Part shown: positions 1-14,380 of the stretch, in pieces
How positions within the stretch are numbered: the first letter of the stretch is position 1
Layout of the letters: the number at the start of each line of letters is the position of its first letter
DNA from: the human T2T-CHM13v2.0 reference genome, Homo sapiens
Length of the DNA: 64,000 nt
Reading direction: 5' to 3' (one strand)
NCBI RefSeq assembly: GCF_009914755.1
Contig: NC_060947.1
The notes under the pieces: model-generated
What the model was told of the DNA's origin: nothing
Seen by the model: only the letters and a program-made list of their open reading frames with translations
Databases searched by the model: none
Made by a program: the position numbers and the translations under genes

Positions 1-148
1 AATGTAGCAAGAATAATTATTTTTCACATGGGCTTTTTAATTGGCTTTGATGGAACTCTGTTTCATAGAAGGAATCTCAGATAAGACTTTTTTAAAGTTG
101 AGCCTAGCTATGGGTTTGTATTCTCAAATAACTTATGAGTTAGGTGAA
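1..148 (-). mobile_element. ERV1 (MER4/MER61-group) internal fragment
   Basis: The reverse complement aligns by eye with 28680-28815 inside the MER61-type provirus (tacaaacccat...agagttccatcaaagccaat...aataattattcttgct). Confidence 0.75.
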
Positions 149-149
149 G

Positions 150-1240
150 ATATTCCCCATATGATGAATCCTTAAAAAATTGAAATCCTATAAACAGATA
201 GTATCAGTTGTTATCAGAAAATGAGGATGGAAGAGGTAAGGGGAAAATGGGGAGAAGTTGCTTAGTGATTACAATGTTACAAATGGATAGAAAAAATAAA
301 TTCTGATGCTCTATTGCACAATAGGGTAACTATGGTTAACAGTGAAATATTGCACATTACAAAATATCTAGAATTGAGGCTTTTGAATGTTCTTATCACA
401 AACAAATGATAAATGCATGATGTGATGTATAGACTCACTACCCTGGTTGGATTGTTATAAAACATATGTGTATACTGAAATATCAAATTGTATCCAATAT
501 ATGTATAATTCCAATGTGCCAATGAATCAATCACTGCATAAGAAATAACTGTCATTTGATCCAGTAATACCACCTCCTGGTATATATCCAAAAAAATAAA
601 ATCAGCATGTCAAACAGTTATCAGCACTCCCATGCTCATTACAGCATTATTCACAATACTCAAGACATAAAAACAACTAAAGTTGTCCATGAATGGTGAA
701 TGAATAAAGAAAGTATCACACACACACTGGAATATTATTCAACCCTAAAATCAAAGGAAACACTGTCATTTGCAGTAACATTAATGAATCTGGAGAATAC
801 TATGTTAAGTGTCACAGTCCAGGTGCAGAAAAACAAACACACATGGTTTTACTTATATGTGGAATCTAAAATACACAAACTCAAAGAGACAGAGTAGAAG
901 GGTGGTTACCAGTGGCTTGGGGTAAGGAGATTGGGGAGATGTTACTCATAGGTATAAGATTTCAGTCAGACAGAGGAAATAAGTTGAAGATATGTATTGC
1001 ACACCATGGTGACTTTAATTAGTAACAAATATTGTATGCCTGAAAATTGCCAAGAGAGTACATTTTTAAGTATTTTCATCAAAAAATATTTGTAAGTATG
1101 TAAGACAGTGCATACATTAATTAACTTGATTTAGCCATTCCACGATGTATACATATATCAAAATATCATATTGTAGACCATAGATATACATACAACTTTT
1201 ATGTTTCAATTAACAAAATAATTTTTAATGCACAAAATAA
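150..1240 (+). mobile_element. Two adjacent L1MA-type 3' ends (about 150-525 and 540-1240)
   Basis: ORF2 C-terminal remnant (ORF 700-897, LEYYS..LSFAVTLMNLE..MLS) and L1MA 3'UTR motifs (agagtagaagggtggttacc, tgaaaattgccaagagagta). Confidence 0.75.
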
Positions 1241-1329
1241 AAAAATTTAAAATTTTGGTTTATGCATCTTGCTTAAATTTTCAAGGCTATAATCTTTTTA
1301 ATTATCAGAGGAATGAATATCACATACAC

Positions 1330-1419
1330 AAACACATAAACAAACATAAAGAAGAAGTACAAACATAAAGTACAAACATAAAGAAGAAACATAAAGTACA
1401 AACATAAAGAAGAAAAACA
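1330..1419. repeat. Degenerate tandem repeat built from AAACATAAAG(AAG/TAC) units
   Basis: aaacataaa occurs about 7 times in 90 bp. Confidence 0.85.
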
Positions 1420-1689
1420 TGCGTTATTCCTAGCAAAATGTAATTGTAATGGCTCTTTTCAGCAAGGTAGAGAATATACTTTAAAATAACGCTTAGACAT
1501 ACGTTTTTATGCAGCAAAATAATTAAGCAGTAAAATACATAAAGAAAATCTGAAACAGAAAGAAACACTGACTAGCCCCTTAATGCATGCAGCCAAAATG
1601 AGTAAACATATGAATTCTTGTAAAACTTTAAGAAATACAAATCTGAATACTGTATGAACTTTTCCAAGATCAATAAAGTAGAAAACTTC

Positions 1690-4408
1690 AAATTGTTACT
1701 TACAACCATAACACTGACAACAAACCATTACAAAACAATACCCCCAAAACCCCTAAGAACTAATATCTCTAATAAATTTTGATGAAAATATCTTAAATAT
1801 AACATTAGCAAATGAAATCAAGCATTTAATTAATCGTATATTAAACCATAACTAAGTGGAACATTTATAAAAAATGTAAGGATGATTCCATAAAGGGAAA
1901 TCATTATTATAATTTACTATATCAAGAAACCAAAGGAGGAAAATATAGTTATCTCAATAAATTACAATGTGATATTTATTATAATTCATTATCCATTGCT
2001 GATTTTAAGACAAACCTTATAGAAATACATACCATCAATGGTGATATATTAGAAGCTTTCCCATTAAAATAAAACAGGAGAAATATATTTCTTAGCACTG
2101 TATCATTTTGAAAAGTTTCAGAATTACTAGCCAGTGTAATTGGACTAAATTAAAGTGTATTAGAAAATGAACAGTGATAACAAAATTATCATTACTTACA
2201 AATGACTAGATTGTGTATTTTGCAAATGGAGGAGAATCAACTAAAAAACTCTTAGAAACAAGATTTTAGCAACATGATTCGTTATAAACTTAATACAAAA
2301 CACTGCTGAAATAAATCATAGATGACACAAACACATGGAAACTCATCTCATGCTCATGGATGGGAAGAATGAATATTGTGAAAACAACCATACTGCCTAA
2401 AGCAGTTTGCATATTCAATGCAATTCCCATCAAGCATGCCATCATCATCCTTCACAGAACTAGAAAAATCCATTGCAAAATTCATATGGAACCAAAAAAA
2501 ACCCCACATAGCCGAAGCAATGCTAAGCAAAAAGATGAATCTGCAGGCATCACATTACCTGACTTCAAATTATGCTACAAGGCTGTAGTTACCAAAACAG
2601 CATGGTACTGGTATAAAAATAGGCATACAGACCAATGGAACAAAATACAGAATGTGGAAATAAAGCCAAATACTTACAGCCAACTGATCTTTGACAAACC
2701 ATATGAAAACATAAATTGGGGAAAGGACACCCTATTCAATAAATAGTGCTGGGAAAATAGGCAAGCTACATGTAGAAGAATGAAAGTGGATCCCCATCTC
2801 ACCTTATACAAAAATCAACTCAAGATGGATCAAAGACTTAAATTTAAGACCTGAAACCATAAAAATTCTAGAAGATAACATTGGAAAAACCCTTCTAGAC
2901 ATTGGCTTAGGCAACTACTTCATGACCAAGAACCCAAAGCAAATGCAACAAAAACAAAGATAAATAGATTGGAATTAATTAAACTAAAAAGCTTATGTGC
3001 AACAAAAGAAATAATAGGCAGAGTAAACAGACAACCCACAGAATAAAAGAAAATCTTCTCAAACTAAGCAACCAACAAAGTACTAATATCCAGAATCTAC
3101 AAGGAACTCAAACAAATCAGCAAGAAAAAAAAATTAACGATCCCATTAAAAAGTGGGCTAAGGATATGAATAGACAATTCTGAAAAGAAGATATGCAAAC
3201 AGCCAACAAACATATGAAAAAAATTCTCAAAATCACTAATCATCAGGGAAATGCAGATTAAAACCACAATGACATACCACCTTACTCTTGCAAGAATGGT
3301 CATGATGAAAAAATTAAAAAAAATAGACGTTGGTATGGATGTGGTGAAAATGGAACACATAAAGACTGCTAGTGTGAATATAAATTAGTACAACCACTAT
3401 ATAAAACAATATGGAGATTCCTTAAAGAACTAAAAGTAGAACTACAATTCGATCATCCCACTACTGGGTATGTACCTAAAGACAAAGAAGTCATTATATA
3501 AAAAGACACGTGAACATGAATATGTTTATAGCAGCACAATTTGCAATTGCAAAGATATGGAACCAACCTAAGTGCCCGCCAACCAACAAGTGAATTCAGA
3601 AAATGTGGTATATATACACCATGGCATACTCCTCAGCCATAAAAAAAAACAAAATAATGTCTTTTGCAGCAACTTGGATGAAAAATAGAATATATTCTAT
3701 TTCAGTCATGACTCAATGAGTTTAAAGTTAACTGGAACAAATATGTGAAAATATCCAGGATTTTTAAAAAAGGGGTAATGACACAAGACTACTAGTATTA
3801 TATATCATTTTGGTAATACTCCAAGAATAGATCAAACAATGGAGCAGAATAGAGAAACCAGAAAATATTTTTGAGATTCAGTATTCTAAATAAGTAGTAA
3901 AAAGATGGATTACTTAATCAATTTTATAGGGATAATTTGGTTGCTATTTGGAAAAAAGTTAATAAACCTAGATTTTCATCTCAAACTTTACACAGAGATA
4001 AATTTCAGTTTAACAAAAAATATTTTTAAAATAAAATAGGATTCTGCATAATTCTTAAAAATGTTCTTTAAAAATCTTTGATGGGGAATGACTTTTCAAA
4101 ACAAGATATGCAAACCATAAATCTATAGAAGAAAATATTTATAGTTTTTTATACAACACAACTTTAAAAATGCTATAAATTCAGAAGAGATAAGTTAAAC
4201 TAAATACAAACATTTGCAGTATATTGACAGATAAGAGATTAATTTCTTTAATATAGAAAGAGGTTATACAAATGAATGTGAAAAATATCAAGTAGCCAAT
4301 AGAAAAATGGGCAAAGTGTATGAATAAAAAGTATACAATAGAATAAAGAAAAGTAGCCCATAAGTGCATTGAGAGATGTTTTCTCTTACAATTCAAAAAA
4401 TTCACATT
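1690..4408 (+). mobile_element. Old L1M (L1ME-like) ORF2 remnant, interrupted by L1PB
   Basis: Highly decayed L1 ORF2-like A-rich sequence on both sides of 2294-3680. Confidence 0.55.
2294..3680 (+). mobile_element. L1PB-type ORF2 3' fragment without 3'UTR or poly(A)
   Basis: ORF 2360-2746 (GRMNIVK..LPDFKLCYKAVVTKTAWYWYKNRHTDQWN) is L1 ORF2p. The sequence stops at aacttggatg, before the 3'UTR. Confidence 0.85.
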
Positions 4409-4426
4409 ACAATTGGCAAATATTTA

Positions 4427-4987
4427 TTTATTATTATACTTTAAGTTTTAGGGTACATGTGCACAATGTGCAGGTTACATATGTATACATGTGCCATGCT
4501 GGTATGCTGCACCCATTAACTCGTCATTTAGCATTAGGTATATCTGCTAATGCTATCCCTCCCCCCTCCCCCTACCCCACAACAGTCCCCAGAGTGTGAT
4601 GTTCCCCTTCCTGTGTCCATGTGCTCTCATTGTTCAATTCCCATCTATGAGTGAGAACATGCAGTGTTTGGTTTTTTGTCCCTGCGACAGTTTACTGAGA
4701 ATGATGATTTCCAATTTCATCCATGTCCCTACAAAGGACAGGAACTCATCCTTTTTTATGGCTGCATAGTATTCCATGGTGTATATGTGCCACATTTTCT
4801 TAATCCAGTCTATCATTGTTGGACATTTGGGTTGGTTCCAAGTCTTTGCTATTGTGAATAGAGCCGCGATAAACATATGTGTGCATGTGTCTTTATAGCA
4901 GCATGATTTATAGTCCTTTGGGTATATACCCAGTAATGGGATGGCTGGGTCAAATGGTATTTCTAGTTCTAGATCCCTGAGGAATCA
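4427..4987 (-). mobile_element. 5'-truncated young L1PA (PA3-like) with TSD
   Basis: L1PA 3'UTR plus ORF2 C-terminus (ORF 4634-4876). TSD acaattggcaa(a/g)tattt at 4409-4425 and 4988-5004. Confidence 0.92.
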
Positions 4988-6906
4988 ACAATTGGCAAGT
5001 ATTTAAAGTCAGTCACTCAGAGTTTAAAAATAAACCCAATAACAATCACTTATCAATCCTCCATGATATCTGCTTTAATTGAAAAATAAAAGAGTAAAGC
5101 AGAATTAAACTGAGTTATTTAACAGTGCTGGTCTAACACAGGATTGATTGTCCTCTGACCCCATTAGCAGATCATGTGTTCTTTGTGTGCAGCCTTACCT
5201 CAAAAGAAAAAGAAGAATTAAGCCAGGAATGGCCAGTTAATTCTTCTCAAGTTTACGAAACACATAAGTCATTCCAAGTCCATGAGGAGGTGGAGAAAAC
5301 GCACACCTTGGTATTAATTAATTCCCCTCCACATGGATGAAATTATCAGATCTAGAAAAAGCATTTTTCTTCACTCATCTCCTGACTTTTATCATTTTAA
5401 CCCTCTAATCTAAGCCATTACAACTATCATCAATCAGTGGTTTGGTTTGTCTATTTATACCACTCAGTGGAAGAGATCAGCTGTCTTCCCGGACAGTACT
5501 GCTCCCAAATTTATGAGGCTGATTCTCCTTAAACCAACCACTGATTCTTCTGATACCTTTCTGGGACTACAGTTGTCTGGTATAGATTTTGCCTACAGAA
5601 ATTTCTGAAATAAATCAGAAGTCAGGTAAACTTTTATTCTTATTTTATCCCCAGCTGATGTTATGTCCAGTCACTTTGTTCAATATATCCTTTCAGAGGT
5701 TCTACAATGAGAATAAAAGACATCATTAAAATACCCCAACAATAAAACGCCAATAATAAGATAACACGGATTTGAAAATACAGCCTCATTATTTCTTGGG
5801 AAGAAATAAAACTCTCAAAATTAATTCTCTTAGAAAATTAGTGTCCAAACATATTGAAGTTCAAAGGATTTAAGGCCCTAAGTCAAATTATTTTACCCTT
5901 GCCAGTTAAGTTTAAGTAAATTAAAATTTTATCCAATTTATTATCCCTAAATCTTAGACAGATTGCTGATCAATACCTGAATAGAATTAGCATTCTTCTG
6001 ACAACTTCAGCCTGGTTTCTCAGTGGTATACATATAATTTTTCAGTTTTCTTGGTTCCTTAATTGCCAAGTCTTTCATAAGGCTTGATTTTCAAATAATT
6101 CAAAGAATTCACAGAACACACAATTATCATAATGCCAGCAACAAACATACCAAATTTAATTTTTTAGAAGGCAACCCTATAGCAGTTATGCCAGGCAAAA
6201 TCATGTTCCCACAATATAGTACTTTATGTCAAACAATGTAACAATGTTTGAAACATCATAGCATTTTATTCCTTACCGAGATTCTACCATTAACATTTTA
6301 TTATGATTCACTTACAACATATCTATCTATCCATTTATTTATTCTTCAATCCATTCATCAGTTCATTTTTGGAAAATTCCAAAACAAATTTTAGACTAAG
6401 GTACAGTTTTTCTTTCATACATGAGTATGCATGCCATTAATAATAATTCAATGTTTAGTTTTAATGTTTTCTAACCAATGCTTCTTACTTTTAGTGCAGA
6501 GGTCTTGCTAAATTCACTTATTAGTTCTAATAGTTGTTTTGTATAATCTTTAGGTTTTTCTACATAAAAATTATGCCACTGCAAAATAAAGATAGATTTT
6601 TTTCTATGCCTTTACATATTTCGTTGTCTTATTGCAATGGCTGGAACAGCTAGTACCAGACTGAATAGAAGTGATAAGAATATGTAGCCTTGCCTTGCTC
6701 TATATCATAAGGAAAATCATTCAAAGTTTCACCACTAAGAATAATTATAGCTATGTGGGGTTTTTTTGTAGATACACAATTTCCAGTTTTATCAGGAATG
6801 GATATTGAATATTGTCTACATTTTCTTCTGCTAATATTATATGGTTTATCTTTTACTCTGATTATATGGTGGAATGCACTAATCAATGTTTGGCTGTTAA
6901 ACCAGT

Positions 6907-7270
6907 TGCTATGGTCTGAATGTGTTCCCTAAAATTCATGTGTTGAAACCTAATGACTAATGTGATAGTGTTAAAAGGTGAGGCCTTTAGGAGGTGATTA
7001 AACCATGAGAGCGGCGCACTAATGAACAGAATTTGGGCTTTCATAAAAGGGCTTGAATGAGTGGGTTTGTTTTCTGTTTTTTCACCATATGAGGACACTG
7101 TGTGAAGGCGTCATCCTGGAAGTAGAGACTGGGCCCTCATTATATGCTGAACTTGCCAATTCTTAATGTTGGACTTCCCAGTTTCCACAATTTCAAGTGA
7201 TACTTTTATGTTCCCTGTAAGTTACCTAGTGTCCGATATTTTATTATAGCAGCAGGAATGAACAACGACA
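6907..7270 (+). mobile_element. MaLR solo LTR (MSTC/MSTD/MLT1A-like)
   Basis: Starts tgctatggtctgaatgtgttcc and ends ttattatagcagcaggaatgaacaacgaca. Confidence 0.75.
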
Positions 7271-7764
7271 TTAGTCTTTCACTTTTGAAACAAATTCTAC
7301 TAATAACATATTAGGCCATATTATCCTTTTTATATAATGCTTATAAGGATTTCCTAATATTTCAAGGGAATTTTTAACATATATGTTTATAAGAAATATT
7401 GGTCTATATTTATATATATATATGTAACTCTCACATTTGGGCATTAGGGATATACTGAATTATAAAATGAACTGAAAAGTGTTTCCTTATACTTTATTTT
7501 CTTAATGAGTTTGTGTGTTCTTGTCATTATTTCTTGCTTAAATGTTTGACAGACTTCATCAGTGAAACCATCTAGTCTTGCATTTTTCAATGTGGGAAGT
7601 TTTTGATATTATAGTATATTCAATTCATTTTGTTGATGTAGGACTATCCATATTTTATGTTTCATTGTGTTAATATTGTCAAGTTGTATTTCTCTAGAAT
7701 TTATATATTTATTAAAGTTGCTGAATTTCATGCAATAAGATAACCCATAATATGCTTATATTAT

Positions 7765-9178
7765 ATATATATATTTTTATTTCACTTTAAGTTCTGGGAT
7801 ACATGTGCAGAACCTGCAGGTTCGTTACATAGATATATATGTGCTATGGTGGTTTGCTGCACCTATCAACCCATCATCTACGTTTTAAGCCCCGCATACA
7901 TTAGGTGTTTGTCCTAATGCTCTCCCTCCTCTTGACCCCCATGCCCTGATAGGCCCCGGTGTATGATGTTCCTGTCCCTGTGTCCATGTGTTCTCTTTGT
8001 TCAATTCCCACTTATGAGTGAGAACATGCGGTGTTTGAGTTTCTGTTCCTGTGTTAGTTTGCTGAGAATGATGGCTTCCAGCTTCATCCATGTCCCTGCA
8101 AAGGACATGAACTCATTCTTTGATATGGCTGCATAGTATTCCATGGTGTATATGTGTCACATTTTCTTTATCCAGTCTATCATTGATGGGCATTTGGGTT
8201 GGTTCCAAGTCTTTGCTATTATAAATAGAGCTGCAATAAACATACATGTGCATGTGTCTTTATAGTAGCATGATTTACAATCCTTTGGGTATATACCCAG
8301 TAACGGGATTGCTGGGTATTTCTGGTTCTAGATCCTTGAGGAAGTACCACACTGTCTTCCACAAAGGTTGAACTAATTTACACTCCCACCAACAGTGTAA
8401 AAGTTTTCCTATTTCTCCACAGCCTCGCCAGCATCTGTTGTTACCTGACTTTTTAATAATCACCATTCTAACTGGTGTGAGACGGTATCTCACTGCGGTT
8501 TTGACTTGCATTTCTCTAATGACCAGTGGATGATGACCTTCTTTTCATATGTTTGTTGGCTGCATAAATGTCTTCTTTTGAGAAGTGTCTGTTTATTTCC
8601 TTCACCCACTTCTTGATGAGATTGTTGTTTTCTTGTAAATTTAAGTTTCTTGTAGATTCTGGATATTAGACCTTTGCAGATGGGTAGCTTGCAAAAATTT
8701 TCGCCCATTTTGTAGGTTGCCTGTTCAGTCTGATTATAGTTTCTTTTGCTGTGAAGAAGCTCTTTAGTTTGATTAGATCCCATTTGTCCATTTTGGCTTT
8801 TGTTGCAATTGCTTTTGTTGTTTTAGTCATGAAGTCTTTGCCCATGCCTACGTCCTGAATGGTATTGCCTAGGTTTTCTTCTAGGGTTTTTATGGTTTTG
8901 GATTTTACATTTAAGTCTTTAATCCATCTTGACTTAATTTTTGTATATGGTGTAAGGAAGGGGTCCAGTTTCAGTTTTCTGCATATGGCTAGTCAGTTTT
9001 CCCAGCATCATTTATTAAATAGGGAATCCTTTCCCCATTGTTTGTTTTTGTCGGGTTTGTTGAAGATCAATGGTTGTAGATGTGTGGTGTTATTTCTGAG
9101 GTCTCTGTTCTGTTCCATTGGTCTATATATCTGTTGCGGTATCAGTACTATGCTGTTTTGGTTACTGTAGCCTTGTAG
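7765..9178 (-). mobile_element. 5'-truncated L1PA8-like element
   Basis: L1PA 3'UTR (ttttaagccccgcatacattagg) and ORF2 remnants (ORF 8275-8511). Partial TSD tgcttata at 7753 and 9179. Confidence 0.88.
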
Positions 9179-10961
9179 TGCTTATAATTTTTTAATGTCT
9201 GTAACATCTGTAGTGATAAACTCTCTTTCATTCCTGAAATTAGTAACTTGTTTCCTCTGTCTCTTTTTTTAAAATCATCTTACTTAGAGATCTAACAATT
9301 TTGTATATCTTTTCCAAAAACCAGCTTTTGGCTTTGCTAATTTTTTATGCTGTTAGTTTTCAATTTTATTGATTTCTGCTCTTATCTGTATTACCACTTT
9401 ACTTCCACTTTCTCTTCTTTTCCTAGCTCCTTAAGGAGGAATGTTAAGTCATTTTTAGATTTCAGACCTACATTATTTTTCAAATAAACATTTAAAGGTG
9501 TAGATTTTCCTCTAAGCCCTGCTTTAGCTATGTGTCATAAGTGTTGATATGTTACATTTTTATTATAATTAATTTGGAAATATTTTCTAATTTTCTTTGT
9601 GGTTTCTTTTTTAGACCATGGATTATTTAGAAGTGTTTTGTTATATATAAAAATATTTTGTGTTTTCTAGATATCTGATTGTAATTGATTTCTAAATTAA
9701 TTTTATTGTTCCAAGAGAATATACTCAGTATTTAAATCTGTTTAAATGTGTTGAGATTTGTTTTTTAGCCCAGTAAATGGTCTGTCTTGGTGAATGCCCC
9801 ATATACACTTGAAGATAATTATATTATGAAGTTTAGGTAATAGCTTTCTGTAAATATCAATTGCATTTTGTTAATCAACAGTGTTGTTCAAACCATCTGT
9901 TTTCATTAATTTATATCTGGTTCTATCATTTTCTGAAAGGTGTTAGAGTCTCCAGCTGTGATTATGGGATTGACCACTTTTCCCTTTAATTTAGCCAAGT
10001 TTTGCTTCAGACGCATAACAATTATTATGGCTTCTGGTGAACTGGCATTTCTATTATTATGAAGTGTCTTGTGTTATGTATCTTTATCTCTTTATCTTGA
10101 AGTCTAATTTTGTCTGATATTAATTTAGCTCCTCCATTCTTCTTATGCTTACAATATTACCTTTTTGTGAGGTTTGTAAATCTGCAATGTTGACAACCCT
10201 ATTTACTAGATCTTATTTGAAATTATTTTATTGCTTATTCAAAATATCTTCATTCACATTTACATTGTGAGCCCTGTATTTCATTACTGAATTGGGTTTT
10301 TTTCTTGTGAAATAAATAGTGTGCATGTTGTTTTGTAAACAGGAATTTTCAGTTCCAGGTCACAGTGGTTACTTCTACTGGTACTTACCGTGGAATAGCT
10401 GAGGCCTCTGAAACTTGTCTCTTAGAGAAGACATTTTTCCCCTCCGCTGTAATTGAGGGATCCAGACTCATGCTGAGACTGTATGTTTGGGAGTGGCTTT
10501 GTGCTTGTGAACAATCTTCAGGAATTCAAATTTGTCTCCTTCAGCATTGCTTCCTTGGTGCTGAATGCAGCAAGATCTAGGGCTATATTTTTAAGGCTGT
10601 AACATTTTTATCCAAATGCTGTAGAGCTCCACAATGTGTGAGAAATTCATCTGTCTTTTAATTTATTTTAAATTCAAGTTGTAGCCTGTACCCTAAATTC
10701 TCCACCATTTGGCTAAGGTTGTTCACAGATTTTTCTGAGGCTCACACCTTTGTTGAACTAATATTTGCTTGCAAATCCCTCTGTGGCCAACATCTTCTGA
10801 GGCCACTTCATGGCTAGATTTTGGCTGTCGTCCAGGCAGCCTCTTCCTTTGCCGAGATCCATAACTCTAAAAATTTCCACTATACCTTTGATGAAACCTG
10901 AAACCCTAAGTTTTCACATTTACTTAAGGCCTGGTTCCTGTAGCACCTCTGAAGAAACATT

Positions 10962-10965
<4 letters not shown>

Positions 10966-11009
<44 letters not shown>
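10966..11009. repeat. (TA)22 microsatellite
   Basis: Perfect TA run. Confidence 0.97.
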
Positions 11010-11012
<3 letters not shown>

Positions 11013-14000
11013 ACTGCATGAACTTTTTTACAAAAGGTCAAAATGCTACATAGCTTGAGATCTAACAGTTAAAAACTAACTTCACAATTTTAAATCCATC
11101 CATTTTGAACGATTTAGTCCACTGTAAAGTTCAAGGTCAAAAACTCATGTTTCCTTTACTTAATATACCAAAGTTTAAGGTCTTCCATAATGCAAGAAGA
11201 CTCGATCTCTCAGAATTACCTTGTCCCCAAAAGGTCTATTTCTCAATGTTTCTGGCTTAATAATGTGGGAAATAATACAAACAAATAAAGAAGATAAGGA
11301 TCAAAAGACAACCTTTTATTACTGAACATGCGGATGTTGGAGAATGTGGCTTACTTGTATGTGTAAGTGAGGTTCCTGATATTATATTCTACTAGAATGC
11401 AAGGATAAATGATTCTGATCAGGGAGAAGAATTTCAATATCACAAATTATAGAGCTTGAACATTTTCTGGTGTCATAATACTAGCATTCCAATTGTAGTA
11501 TGTTGTTCCTAAAGGAACAGAAGAGAAGAACTGCTCCCTGTAGACCACTCACTCCCAAGAGAAAAAGAGAAAAAAAAGGAGAAAACTCTGCTTGGCTGAA
11601 GAATTTTCTCCTTTTAAAAAAATCACTAATCAGATTTCCATTTTCCATTCCTTATCCCATTAGGTAAAACAAAACAAAACAAAAAACTGCAAAGAGACCA
11701 GGACTGTTATTCAAATAGATGTCCCTTCATATAGAAGAAAAGATTGGGACTCCAGATCCAAAATATAGCATTAAGTTACAAAAGCAAATTGTAACTGAAT
11801 CTTGTCTTATTTCTTTAATTAAGAAAAACAATGCATACAACTTTAGCTATATAGACAAATGCCCTAAAGGATAGCCATATTTTTTGAGAAGTGAAAGGGA
11901 AGTAAGGGCAAGCATTTTAGACTGCTCTCTCCATATTGGGCTATGTGAGTAAAAAAAAAAGAGCTAAAAGAATATCTTGAGGGCAGGCAGCCTAATCAAA
12001 GCAACAGTATCTTAGAATGGGGAATACAAGTATTATGGTCAGTTGATCATCAATGCTAAGAAATAAATTGAAGACACAGGAGGAAAAAGAAAATGACTGT
12101 GGCCCCACCGATTTTCTCTTTTCTGGAATCTTTATCAACTAGTCCATGTGAATAATTCTGTATAGTTTAGATTTGAAAAAGATTGGGGGTAATCATTTTC
12201 TAAAACAGGTAAAAAAGAGCTAAAGAAGGATGGCAGTGTGAATAAGTATTGAGGTAAAGCAAAAAAGCATAAATCAAGCTCACACTGACTGCAGAAAACA
12301 TTGTCTTTTACTTTTCTTAAAAATAGAGGCTAAAATTGATGAAAATAATGGTTGAAAATTCAAAAATTTGTTGAAAACCTGGAAGACTTGAGAATAGCAG
12401 TAAAGGTGGAGAAACAACTGTAGGGAAACAATTTTCTTAAATCTGACACTATCTAGAATATCTGTTAAAGCAGTTAACTTAGATAGGAATGTTTGTAATA
12501 TTATGGGCTGATCAGATACCCAACCAACCTAATGAAATATATTGTCTCTTCTCTGGGAGTTTAGACTTGGGACACTGAAAGTCTACTCCAGGTAGTTTTG
12601 AAAATCTGAGCGGATAAGGGAGTAAATGAACAAAGAGAAGCAGAGAAGAAAGACCATGTGACCTAAGAAGTAGTCAGAGGCAGAGAGAAGTGAAGAAACA
12701 GAGAACTCAGTACCCTAGTACATTATGGCATCCTAATTATCAATTCTATGTCTTGTTGAGTCTGGATAAATTAATTTCCATGAGAGCTCTGCATCCTTAC
12801 AATACTCTATCACCTCTATTCTCTCAACTTAATCTGACATATTTTACAAAGCAAATGTGTTTTTGTTTGGTTTTGTTTATTTTAGAAAAGAAAACACCAG
12901 GACTGGATAATATAATTGTTAAATGGCTTGAAAGTTCTAACTGAAATAATGGAACAATACATTTTTAATGGACCAAAATGCCATTTGTTCTGTGATTGTT
13001 TCAGGCAATATTTCGAATCCCAGAAGTAGTCACAGAGAAAATAGACAAGTGGATTAAGGCTTTTAAATTCTAAAATTAATTAAGCAATTAATTGACTAAG
13101 TAGATACTGTGGGGTCTTGGCATTAATTTGATAGTATAGTTTGAAGTACTATATGTGTCTTAAACTGCATTTCTTGAGAAGAATACACTCTTTTACTAAA
13201 TCAGAGACTCTTCTCCTGAAATCAGTTCAATTTACTGAGGCTGTGATCTTTCCTGTCATTCCTGCAGCCATGTAGTATAAAGCAACAAATTAAATTGCCT
13301 GAGGTTAGAATCCAATTCTCTCACCAATAGATTTGGGAATAAGAAATTCATGCAACTCCAATGAAAGCTCATTCAGATCACATGATTTGATGTTAGTTGG
13401 AATCACACATTTCTAATTTCTAATAAACACCTTCATCCTGTAGCGTATTATTCATTTTCCATAAATTTAGGCATCTTAGAGATAATTTGCAAAATATACA
13501 ATTTTGATTTGATTTTCTTCTATTTATTTAAATAAAGTAATAGAAGCAATTTTTCTTTAAAATATACTATAAGTTTATGTTGCGTTATCAACATTTTTCC
13601 TGTGAAATAATGTAGTGTAAAAGAATATTGAACTTCATGTGAGAATCACTGGTTTCCACTACAAATAACCTCTAACTGGCTATCCTGATTGACAGTGTGT
13701 TGGCTCCTTTCACTTTGTACAATTCCCTTCTATGTGTCTTCACTTAAATTTAATGCAAAAGCATCCATGAACAAACATATCAGAAGAGTGGCTCTTAATC
13801 TTTGATTTAAAAGTGTTTTCGCTTTAAGATGAGAAAGACTATCAGTTTCAAAGGTTCTCTAGATTTTGAGCATTTGAAGTCAAATCTATGGATAAAAGTG
13901 GAATTTGTGATTTGAATTGTATTTTTTTCACCTCTATGAATGACATCATACAGATATAGCCTTTATATTATTTCTGGAAGTATGATTCATATTCTGGAGT

Positions 14001-14291
14001 CTTATAGTGAAATACATTTGTAACAAACATTGTAACAAAATGCATTTTTGGTAAAACAAAAATATAAGAAAACTCTTTTGGGCATTACAGACTTAATATG
14101 ATACTTGGTATTGAATACCTGCTAGGAAATAGAGTACCTTTTCAATTCTCAAAGAAATGTCACATGCTATTTAGTCTACATTTAGTGCTTCTCATTTCTG
14201 GCAGAAGTTTATCATCCTTAAATCCAGGGAGTTACATAACAAAATTTAAAAACTGTACTTCACAGATTCCTAGTGAATCCTTATGAGTATC

Positions 14292-14380
14292 TCATTCACT
14301 TATTTATTTATTCAAAAATATATCTTGAATGTCTACTATGTACCAGACACTATGCTAAGTGCTTTGTAGAAATGAACAAG
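14292..14380 (-). mobile_element. L2 3' end fragment
   Basis: cattcacttatttatttattcaaaaatatatcttgaatgtctactatgtaccagacactatgctaagtgct. Confidence 0.65.

Larger units (their letters stand above)
6300..10160 (-). mobile_element. Old L1M ORF2 remnant hosting an MST LTR and an L1PA8
   Basis: T-rich decayed antisense L1 ORF2 (ORF 6650-6886) that continues on both sides of the inserts. Confidence 0.65.

Noticed and set aside
1330-1419. AAACATAAAG repeats as a CRISPR-like array
   Set aside because: The spacers are only a few bp long and are themselves repeated, so this is a simple slippage repeat.
12040-12900. Possible ancient LINE or ERVL LTR remnants (also 21830-22040, 36560-36785 and 38270-38650)
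   Set aside because: Too decayed to assign by eye.
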